Shown here: in pieces, positions 53,512 through 64,000 of the stretch
How positions within the stretch are numbered: position 1 is the stretch's first letter
How the letters are laid out: each line of letters opens with the position of its first letter
Assembly (NCBI GenBank): GCA_951406725.2
Contig: OX597814.1
Coordinates: 6,200,001 to 6,264,000 of the forward strand
Source of the DNA: Octopus vulgaris
Lineage: Eukaryota
Direction: 5' to 3'
DNA length: 64,000 bases
Position numbers and translations under genes: made by a program
Notes under the pieces: generated by a model
The model's input: the letters and a program-made list of their open reading frames with translations, nothing else
Told to the model about the DNA's origin: nothing
Databases searched by the model: none

Positions 53512-53959
53512 AAAGACCCGATTATAAGTCCAGTTTCGCACCTTCCTTCTAAAGTTTCACTTTAATCAGATGCGAACATAAACACTTGGAATTCATTATA
53601 TTGCCACCATTGCCTTTTCATAATGATATCCTGTTATATTTTCTAGCTAAAATATTAACTGTTGTATTTTTAACGAACATTTTTATTCCATTTTGTTTTC
53701 GTTTGTGTGTACATAACATTTTAACTTCCTCTTTCTAAGAAAGTGAAACTATCCACATTTGCTCCAATACGCAGTAGCGTAGCTGGGGGGTGTGTGTGCA
53801 TTTTGGGCCGCACTTTTAAAGAGGCTAATGTGTGTGTGTCTGTATTTATTGTATGTGTGTATAAGTAGTTATATGCTTTATATTATCTATTATAGTAATA
53901 TTTTTCTGTTGAAATCCGTTTTAAGGCGGTCAATAGTTTAATTAAAGATGTGTCTATAA

Positions 53960-53995
<36 letters not shown>

Positions 53996-55746
53996 CATAT
54001 TATATTTTATATTTCTATTTCCTTGTCTATTTATATTTACTATATATGTTGTATAATGCCTTTACTAATATGTAATGGTGTAATAAAGTATTGATTGAGT
54101 ATCATCTGATGGTTGATGTTTTTTGATTTAAGTATGTTTCTCCATTTTCTAATTTTGTTACATATATATATATATATATACATGTGTATACATATATATA
54201 TATACACAAGTGTATACATTACACATGAAATGTATTTATTTATAAACTTTAAACTGAACTTCAATTGTTTTATAAACCTAACAGCTTGGTGTACGTAAAT
54301 AAACGGCGTAAATTAACGAAGGTATAAACCTGACGGAAATACACGAAGTTGACTACTTTCACTTCTAACAACCAAAGGCATGACTGCCGTTTTTTTTTTT
54401 GTGAGGGTCCGGGGACAGCAACTAGAAAGGCCTCCCCGGGCAGCACAGATTCTAGCTACGCTAGTGCCAATATTCCCTCTAACTCCATCTAATAAAAAGT
54501 TATCCGACTTCCACCCAGCATGTTGCGTCTTCTCACTAGCTTTTCTACTACATAGCCACTATTCACTGGAGCTGGTTGATCTCATACCTATTCTACTCAG
54601 GATCACCCGACTCCCTCTACCCTCTCGTCTCTTATTCATTTGCATAAAACACTACACCTCATCTTTCTCAGACGTTAACTCTTGGAATATCTTTTCTGGA
54701 GTTGTTCAAGAACATCAGTTACATCGGTTCTACTAGCGAACTGTGGTCCGGGTGCGCGCAGTCGCGCATCCGCGCTAGCTAGTCGTAAGTAGTCGATCCT
54801 ACAACGACTTTTTAACCCTAACCCTAACTTGTTTATAAAAATAATTTATTTACTTAGTTTAAAAAATCATTTACTTTGCGTTTTATTTACTTTGTTCGAA
54901 AAATATTATTTAATATTATTTAATGGCGCGGGAGTGGCTGTGTGGTAAGTAGCTTGCTAACTAACCACATGGTTCCGGGTTCAGTCCCACCGCGTGGCAT
55001 CTTGGGCAAGTGTCTTCTGCTATAGCCCCGGGCCGACCAATGCCTTGTGAGTGGATTTGGTAGACGGAAACTGAAAGAAGCCTGTCGTATATATATATGT
55101 ATATATATATGAGTGTGTGTGTGTCTGTGTTTGTCCCCCTAGCATCGCTTGACAACCGATGCTGATGTGTTTACGTCCCCGTCACTTAACGGTTCGGCAA
55201 AAAGAGACCGATAGAATAAGTACTGGGCTTACAAAGAATAAGTCCCGGGGTCGATTTGCTCGACTAAAGGCGGTGCTCCAGCATGGCCGCAGTCAAATGA
55301 CTGAAACAAGTAAAAGAGTAGAGAAGAGAGTAAAGAGTAAAGAGTAATTTTCTTTGATCTGTATTCAGCCTTGAAATACAAACATACGCGGAAGTCGTTG
55401 TAGGATCGACTACTTACGACTAGCTAGCGCGAGTGCGTGCACCACTGTTCGCTAGTAGTACCAGTTACATCAACTTAAACAGTTTCGGAGTCGCCTACGA
55501 AAGGTCACCAGTGCAGACCCTCACAGGTCAAACCAAACCATAAAAAAAAAAAAAAATTAGTCTTATTCGGTTAATTATGTGTTAACTTCCTTAGTTTTCA
55601 TTATGTTAGTCCCTGAAATAATTGTGCCTATTTTTAATGTTTTATTCTTGTTTTTTTTTTCGTTTAATTCTTAGATTATTCACATTGTAGTCTTTGTTTA
55701 ACTTTCAAGTTTATTTGAATTTTATTCTTTATTTCAAAAATTATTC

Positions 55747-56571
55747 GGCGATGTTTCGCTTGTCGTAGCACACGTTTCCGTCGATTTCCGTAAAAAACTT
55801 TTATTTTTTTACATAAGTAATGAGAGCGAAAGAGACTAAGAGGAAGCGATTTTATGACGAGGAAGTTTCTCTTTGAAGTCTCCGTGTGTGTGTTTAATGG
55901 GGTGTGGGAGACAGAAAGTATGTTGTGTAAGTGAAGTGCTTCTGTTAGTGTGTGTGAAGAGACAGAGAGAGTAATGTGTGAAAGAGAGAGATAACTGAAA
56001 TTTTTTACTCGATGTATGTGTATATGTATGTATGCATGTATGTGTGTGTGTGTATGTATCTATGTATGTGTGTAAGTGTATGTATCTATGTATGTGTGTG
56101 TGTGTGTGTATCTATGTATGTGTGTAAGTATGTATGTGTGTATGTATGTATGCATGGCCGATTCAGTGTAACATACATACATACACACACATACATAGAT
56201 ACATACACACATACATACTTACACACATACATAGATACAGACACACCCACACATACATAGATACATACACACACACATACATGCATACATACATATACAC
56301 ATACACCGAGTAAAAAATTTCAGTTATTTCTCTCTTTCACACATTACTCTCTCTGTCTCTTCACACACACTAACAGAAGCACTTCACTTACACAACATAC
56401 TGTCTGTCTCCCACACCCCATCAAACACACACACGGAGACTTCAAAGAGAAACTTCCTCGTCATAAAATCGCTTCCTCTTAGTCTCTTTCGCTCTCATTA
56501 CTTATGTAAAAAAATAAAAGTTTTTTACGGAAATCGACGGAAACGTGTGCTACGACAACCGAAACATTGCC
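55747..56571. repeat. ~825 bp near-perfect palindrome (foldback element)
   Basis: GGCGATGTTTCG..TTGTCGTAGCACACGTTTCCGTCGATTTCCGTAAAAAAC... is mirrored by ...GTTTTTTACGGAAATCGACGGAAACGTGTGCTACGACAACCGAAACATTGCC; ~20 bp spacer near 56153-56170. Confidence 0.92.
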
Positions 56572-58014
56572 AATTATTAATTCAAATCTTGATAAGCATG
56601 TTATTGTTTGAATTTTTCAACCATAGATTCAAATTCCTATTTCATTATATGTTTGTAATTATGTGTAAATTTTAAATTTCATCCTTAGTGTAAAATCATT
56701 CGTGAATCTAACCCCTATCAGGTTCTTTGTTCGCCCCTTGTGGGTAATAAAAAAACAGGTATGTATGTGTGTGTGTGTGTGTGTGTGTGTAGGGGTCTAT
56801 ATCACCTTAAAACACTGCAACACTTTGTACCACTCAACACACTGCAACACTTTATAACACTCTACACACTGAAACATTTAATCTAAATTCAGGCACACAA
56901 CCCCCCACCTCCCCCGAAATACTTTGTTTCCCTACTGACAAAGATCTTCAAAAGGAATTAGTGTCTTCGGTCAGATTCTGGGTCATTAGGTTATTACATA
57001 GCATCAACAATGAATTATCAGTCAATGTGTTAGTGAACAACACATATACACAACACAAACACACGCACACACACGTTATAATCTGAGACTGGTTATAAAA
57101 TAATATAGGAATGTTTTATTCAAATAAGGTAATTATCAAAAACAACAAATGGAGTAAATAAAATAACAAAACGTTATAAAAACAAAATGATCCTTCTTTT
57201 TACTAATTTTAATGACTTTCAATCAGCCACTCATATTTTCTGATAGATTATCAACCAAGAAATGATAAAGTGTAGAGTCAGTGAAGCATATGATTAAAGT
57301 GTTGAGATGACATCCACTTGTGAAGTGATCACATCCACTTATCTAACCCTCACTTAATATCTTCAGATAACAGATTATTCTCCACAAACAAATAATGAAT
57401 GTAACCTCAGTGGAAAGTGATTGTAGGGACAATGTTGCGTCAAAAAGAGATAAAAGAAATGGGTTCTATACAGCAGTACACAGCAATACCTAGATTAGCT
57501 ATAGCCAATAAGACATAAGAGATAGTTTGGTAAAGGGTCAGCCACCAATCCATTTCAACATCTGGTCACTTACAAATGGGGTGTCTTCTCCCTCTTTCTC
57601 ATAAACATTGCTACAACTGTCTTTGCTTGTCTAAATCATCTGGGTACACACCCCATTCAGCACATGACCAATGAGAACAAGATGCAAGGTAAACATGTTT
57701 CTGTCATATTAAACCTCTTCAGTGCATACCGAGTAATACACATGCAGTAGAATCACCCTATGAAGTTCTTTGTATATATACCCCTTTAAATTCAATGTGA
57801 CCGCGTGTGTACCATTGACGATTTTTTTCCTCTGTCTTCCCTTCCTTGGATCTTTCCTTTTCCTATGTTTCTGACGAAGAGCTCCGCTCAAAACGTTAAA
57901 TCCTCCTTCGTTCTTTCCTTTCCTGAGTGTCCAATAACACTGTACTTGCTCCACGTCCTCGCGTTTTCTCTTTGGGATGCGTACAAGGTAGAGGAATTAG
58001 ACAACGAAGAACTT

Positions 58015-58260
58015 CTCCTTTGTTTCCTATTGATAGTTGGAATGCTTGCTTTAGAACAGAACCAGGTATTCCTTGCACTAATAACCATTTAGAGGGATGT
58101 CACAATGCACACATCCGAATCTATGGAAACTAATTACGGCACTGAAAAAGGAAGAACATTTGGCACAACTGAGAAAGGTTGAATTTGATTGAGGTGAGAT
58201 CTGCGAGAGCCCCCCAAAAATATAAAGATACAAACAAACAGCTGTAGATAATTGTTGAGC
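58015..58260 (+). mobile_element. MULE transposase C-terminal remnant
   Basis: FPIDSWNACFRTEPGIPCTNNHLEGCHN, then (frameshift) HPNLWKLITALKKEE; matches the MULE WN..RTNN..EGWHN..HPN.W.....LK.E signature. Confidence 0.75.
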
Positions 58261-59005
58261 GATCGAGTCCCGAAAATAAAATGGAATTTTTACAAGCAAT
58301 CGCTCAAGACCTTCATCATTATTAAAGCTTTTAGCAATGTTTTTATGCTTTACTATAATTTTTATCATATCTTTATTTCAATGATTTACTTTTTTCTAAT
58401 ATTGGGAATGGAATTATCAGGAGTCAAATTACTGGTCACTGTCTGTCTGTCTGTATGTATACACAAGTATATTACACACACACTAATGTACACACATTCA
58501 CTCAAATCCTTGAGGAAAGAATACATTTCAAGAGAGCAACACTTATAGAAATACTATTTTACTTTTTCTCAGAACATTTAATGAACCATAAACAAATCCA
58601 ACTTCCCCACAAATAGATTTAGATTCCAATTTTTCACATAATAAAGTGCCATGATACTTTGGCAATCCATTCTAGGAAGTGAAATGGAATCTTGCTTGGT
58701 ATGGAATAAATACAACTAATTAGGTTTGGTTTGGCAGAAATTCTTCATTTGAAAGCAATGTAGGAAACAGAAAAGAAAATTTGGTAGAAAGCAAAAATGT
58801 GACATTTTTGTCAAGCTAAAAGAAATGGCACCATGTACTTAATTTGTATTCTCATAGCGGAAGAGTGTCAAGTCAAAATAAGAAACACAGATATAGCTTA
58901 AAAGTATATAAAATATTAATTCAAATATTAATAATAATAATAATAATAACAACAGTACAATATTAAATGAAAGTTTACATCTCTGTGTTGCCATAACTGA
59001 GCAAT

Positions 59006-59419
59006 TCTCTCTTTACTCTCTTTTACTTTTTTACTGGTTTCAGTCATTTGACTGCGGCCATGCTGGAGCACCGCCTTTAGTCGAGCAAATCGACCCCGGG
59101 ACTTATTCTTTGTAAGCCCAGTACTTATTCTATCGGTCTGTTTTGCCGAACCACTAAGTGACGGGGACGTAAACACACCAGCAATGCTAGGGGGACAAAC
59201 ACAGACACACAAACATATACACACACACATATATATATACATATATACATATATACGACAGGCTTCTTTCAGTTTCCGTCTACCAAATCCACTCACAAGG
59301 CATTGGTCGGCCCGGGGCTATAGCAGAAGACACTTGCCCAAGATGCCACGCAGTGGGACTGAACCCGGAACCATGTGGTTGGTTAGCAAGCTACTTACCA
59401 CACAGCCACTCCTGCACCT
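59006..59419 (-). mobile_element. SINE family A
   Basis: Match to other copies, with a small internal deletion. Confidence 0.9.
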
Positions 59420-60457
59420 GTTTTTTTTTTTAATGAGAATCTTATGGCCATTGATGAAAGCCAAAGTGAGCAGTGTCTTGTTAACGTTGTCACAGCTTGC
59501 AGTCTTTCACAATAGGCAACAATGAGAAGCAATCAAATTTAGCTGATAGTAAAATTATTCATTTTATTCCAACTAAAAATATTTATTCAGATCAAAGAAA
59601 TCTAGAAATAAAAATTGGATGAGTGATATTTCCATTTTCATTTCAAATTTCAACCGGAGCAAATAAATCTTCTCCAAATCAATATCCGTGAGTTGTAGTT
59701 TAGATGTAAGTATTTATTGAAAAGGCCCATGATCATCCCGTCTCTTCTTTTTTCAGTCACAGTGGACTGAGGACAACAATACCTAAAGTGACCTTTAGTC
59801 TAAGATGATAGAGTTTCGTTTAAAAGCAATTTAGCTACTGCTTCTAGCTGGTTCATTGAACAATGGCCGCCGCATAGATTTCTATATTATATCTTTAACA
59901 AAATTGGTGAAATAACAGTGAGGAAATAAAGACTTTAGTCCACCCCAAGTTATTTGATTATTGTTGGTTATAAATAGCACCCACCCCTCTCTCTCCTTCC
60001 CCTTTCAGCACCTCCCCACTCGCCTCCAGACCCCACCAATGCCACTTTGATTCACAGACAATCAATGAAAACTCAATTCCAGACACCACTGTTAGCTCCA
60101 TCTTATTTGAATGAGATTATCTCTGTATGGATTACCTGACTCACACTGTGATTTAATCCAGGCATAATGACATAAGACACAAATCACACAAACACCTGCT
60201 CTCATCTCGTTAACCAGTTTCCCAAGGGATTAGAAGGAACTTTCTTCACACAACAAATAATAATCAGATTATCAACTGCGACGCAGTCACCATCTCCTCT
60301 GTGCCTCACAACAACCCTGGCTTCTGACATTAATTAAAGACCCCATTGATTCAGCCATTGTCACCTATGATTGATTTCTGTAATTTCGTACCAGTAATTA
60401 AACATGATGACAGGAAAAGAAAAAAAAAAAAGAATCTTTAATCAGACTCCAGTCCAT

Positions 60458-60788
60458 TGGAATGGCTGTATGGTTAAGAGGTTTGCTTTGCTACCCACAT
60501 GGTTTCAGGTTCAGTCCTAACAAGTGGTGTCTTGGGTAGGTGCCTTGGACCAGCCAAACTTTTGTGAGTGGATTTCGTAGATGGAAACTGAAAGAAGCCT
60601 GTTGTATGTGCATGTGTCCCTCACATCACCACCACTACTTGACAACTAGAGATAGAGCAAAAGAAACTGATAAATTAAATACCAGACTTAAAAAAAAGAG
60701 AAGTCCTTGGGTCACTTTGTTTGACCCTTCAAGGTGGTGCCCCAGTATGGGCACAGTTCAATGACTGAAACAAGTGAAAGATAAAAGA
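60458..60788 (+). mobile_element. Old, diverged SINE family A relative
   Basis: TGGCTGTATGGTTAAG..GGTTCAGTCC..GGAAACTGAAAGAAGCC..ATGACTGAAACAAGT. Confidence 0.75.
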
Positions 60789-60852
60789 TTATAATAGTTA
60801 AAGTATAAATTCAATTTTATCAAACAATACAGGAGTTAAAGTGAAGAATTAA

Positions 60853-61326
60853 CTCTTTCGATATCAACCTGGCTGAAACCACCTCTGGCTCTGCAGTATA
60901 AATGTCTTGTTTCCAAAAGTTCTGAATTAAAATCTTCCACCAAACCTTAGTCACAATCTATGTTCCTAATACTAGCTGAATGATAACTAAGTTATTTGAC
61001 TAAATTCTTTGTTATATTTAAAGTAATTGAAAAAAATACAGAGCATCTCTACAGAAATATGGTAATAGAAGGGTTCAAATATATAATAGAGAAACAATTC
61101 TTAACCCTTTTGATACCAACCTGGCTGAAACCACCTCTGGCTCTGCAGTATAAATGTCTTGTTTCCAAAAGTTCTGAATTAAAATCATCCACCAAACCTT
61201 AGTCACAATTTATGTTCCTAATACTAGCTGAATGATAACTAAGTTATTTGACTAAATTCTTTGTTTTATTTAAAATCAATTGAAAGAAACACAGAGCATC
61301 TCTACAGAAATTCGGTAACAAAAGGG
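60853..61326. mobile_element. Two adjacent piggyBac-type MITEs (60853-61073, 61105-61326)
   Basis: Both are homologous to 7236-7454; the second has TTAA on both sides. Confidence 0.85.
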
Positions 61327-61710
61327 TTAACAAAGCTGTCTGCAATGTCTGGCTCTTAGTAATGAAATATTCTATGAATTACCATAAACCTGAGTTAGAA
61401 AAGAAAACTATTCCAAACACAAAGACAATTCCATCTGAAAGCAGTTACCTAGGTTTTATTTTGTGATTAAATAAAATTAATTCAATGACAGCAGCTGCAA
61501 TGAAAATAAGGAAAATATAACCACTACAGCAATATCAGATATTTTAGTGGAGCCATACCAAAATGGAAATAATTTCCACACAGAATCCAAAAGCGATTTG
61601 TGCCAAGAGGCTGGATTTGGGTTTTAAATTTCGTTTTGCTCTCAATATTATTTCATCTTTGTTTTAAACATTTGATTATATTTAAAAAAAAATATGATTT
61701 TACATTATTA

Positions 61711-62038
61711 CTAGGCAGTATCGCCTGGCGTTGCTCGGCTTTGTTTCGACCCTTTAGAATTGGAATTTTTGAAAAGTAAAAGTTTTGTATTACGTAGCTC
61801 TTTAAGTGAACATAATAGGGATTTTCATAGAAAAAAAGCACCTTTTTGATGTAAATAATTTTTGGTGTTAACATGGTCCAATTTGAAGTTTTTCTTCTAC
61901 GGAAGGAAGAGCAAGCCTTCTTCTATCATACTCTCAATTTTGGTCAACTTGCGCTGCAGGGTCTCGGAGGATATAGTGTTAGTTGAAGGCTACCAAACCT
62001 GCCATACACAGACAACTTCAGCTTTCTATATATATAGA
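61711..62038 (-). mobile_element. Non-autonomous Helitron, apparently complete
   Basis: Minus strand: A|TCTATATATATAGAAAG ... GCCGAGCAACGCCAGGCGATACTGCCTAG|T. Shows a 5' TC, a GC-rich subterminal segment, a 3' CTAG and insertion between A and T. Confidence 0.75.
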
Positions 62039-62397
62039 TTTACAATGGACGGATAGGTCTCCTCACCTTGTTTGTTGTTACCAAGTTTCGGTTGATGTAC
62101 TCTCCAGTCTTCATCAGGTGTTCTGGTGGAATTTTGAACCCAACCCCTTATTTGACTAATGGGGTTCTCTGTTTTCATTCCTAAGGTCTTCTTTTTTTTT
62201 ACTGATGTTATTTTTTCTGTAGATATTATTCTCCCACCCACCACCTAATGTCAAACTGTCAACCCATACCAGCATGGAAAATGGATGTTAAATGATGATG
62301 ATGATGATGACCTGTTCAGGTACTGTTGTTGACTGGTTCACCTCATCAAACAAAATCTCCAAATGTTCCAGCTCTACAACAATCTAAGCCATGTTAA

Positions 62398-62635
62398 CAC
62401 TTTTTTACGGTATTTCTGTTGAGATGCTCTGTGTTTCTTTCAATTACTTTAAATATAACAAAGAATTTAGTAAAATAACTTAGTTATCATTAAGCTAGTG
62501 TTAGGAACATAAATTGTGACTAAGGTTTGGTGGAAGATTTTAATTGAGAACTTTTGAAAACAAGACTTCCATTTTCGCTTCAACTCCAGAGCTTCAGAGC
62601 CAGAGGTGGTTTCAGCGGGGTTGGTATGGAAAGGG
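62398..62635. mobile_element. piggyBac-type MITE, inverted relative to the 60853/61105 pair
   Basis: TTAA flanks; reverse complement of the 7236 family. Confidence 0.85.
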
Positions 62636-63189
62636 TTAAGAAATCTTCAGGAGATTTCTAAGCAGTGAATTCCTTTACAGTCACCACTGATACATTTGTA
62701 ATGAAAATTTGATAAGTCCAACTTGGCTTCTGTTTTGTAGAAGTGTTATCATCAACAGGCAGCCACCAAAGCTGATAAGTTAAGCGACTTTTCTTTATCA
62801 GTTAAAGTGTTTCCTTTCAGGTTGCAAAGAAGGAAATCAGAGTCAAGGAAGGTTACAGCTTCACTTATCTAAAACAAACTTCTCTTACAACTCAACACTG
62901 TGATGGGAAGTGAGGTGGGTGCATGTGTCTGTGCGCGCGCATGAGTGAGTGTATACAAATATGTAACTGTTTTCTGAAACAGAATTGCATATCTAAAGTT
63001 TTGCTATATTATACACCCTGGTGTGTTTTCCTCTTTAATATATATAAAAAATTAAATATATTAAATAGGGGTGTTTATTAATAGCTGCCAGGAATGTATT
63101 ATCTATGCAAATGGATTTATGTGATGTAGTGAGTCCCTTAATAATAGGGGTGACAAAGTGTTAATGTACCGAGGGAGAAATTATGTCCG

Positions 63190-63415
63190 ATGTCATGTGC
63201 AAAGGAGAAGACTGTGCTGGTTTGGTCAGGTGATGCATGCAGATGAGGACAATTGCATAAAGAAGTGAGGGTTACTTAAAATGGAACTTGTGGAAGAGGA
63301 AAACCTAGGAAGAGATGGGGTGAAGACAGAAGGCTGATCTCAAGATGCTAAGCCTCACAGAGGAGATGACAAAGAGCCAAGGCGAATGGTGATTTTCTGT
63401 GCTTGAGAAAACCTG
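63190..63415 (+). mobile_element. Degenerate RTE LINE 3' coding end
   Basis: RRLCWFG.., GTCGRGKPRKRW.., LSLTEEMTK. Confidence 0.65.
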
Positions 63416-64000
63416 TTCATAAAACCAAATACGAGGTCCTAAATCCTAAAAGCATTTTATCAACTCTTATCCAACCCCGTGTACAGCCCCTGCACCATAC
63501 CCCACAATTCAACCATTCCTCCTTGTGTTTCGTTCCTCCCTTCCTACTTCCATCTCTCATTCTGGTCTCCTCCCATTTCTTATCACCCCCTCCCCATTCA
63601 ACTATCATTCCCAGGGCCTCGCTTGTCTGCCACCATACCAATTCACTATATCTACCATTCACATACCTCTACATCTATCTCCCCCCACCTGTCTTGTGCC
63701 TTGATCATCATCATCTCCTACCTCCTACTGCCTGAACTATCATCCCTGAGCCACTCCTACCTCTCTCTCTCTCTTTTCCTATCCTCCCACCCTTGTCCCA
63801 ACTGATATTCCCCATCAAGCCACACCTCCATTCCTCTTCACCACACTCACCTCTACCCCCATCACTTACTGTCCCCTCCTTATCTCCTGCTCAACAACTC
63901 TTGTCTTTTGAGGGGCCTTGCTCTGGCAACCCCTACTTTCATCTTACCTTTTCTCCCAGATTCTCCATCCCATCCATATATAATGCAGGGTGGTCATGTA

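Larger units (their letters stand above)
49494..55580. repeat. Tandem segmental duplication, unit 2 (~6.09 kb)
   Basis: Same element order as unit 1; ends GGTTAATTATGT as unit 1 does at ~49474. Confidence 0.95.

Overview
AT-rich, repeat-dense eukaryotic DNA. The SINE, LINE and microsatellite content points to a cephalopod, probably Octopus (inference). Two real protein-coding loci are supported. (1) Two spliced minus-strand exons (29415-29536, 26527-26623) of a CDP-diacylglycerol synthase (CDS1/2-like) gene; its other exons were not found in the window. (2) Two intronless dCMP deaminase (DCTD-like) ORFs (46775-47434, 52969-53511) carried on a recent ~6.2 kb head-to-tail duplication (~43300-55580). 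The standout signal, from manual comparison, is that the non-coding flanks of the two copies are ~99% identical, yet the 180 shared codons differ at 19 amino acids with only one purely synonymous codon change. Nine of the 19 changes fall in the 13-residue loop before the catalytic HAE motif, which is the pattern expected from strong diversifying selection on a nucleotide-pool deaminase. The copies also differ in their C-terminal tails (a 21-aa internal duplication versus an amber stop). Each ORF is preceded by an antisense hammerhead-ribozyme-like fold, and the block borders an ~825 bp palindrome. The rest of the window is tRNA-SINEs, RTE and RLE-type LINE fragments, Helitron, mariner and MULE remnants, piggyBac/hAT/MULE-type MITEs, Penelope-like inverted repeats and long microsatellites. 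Most ORFs in the supplied track are artefacts of these repeats. Repeat boundaries are approximate unless a TSD is quoted.
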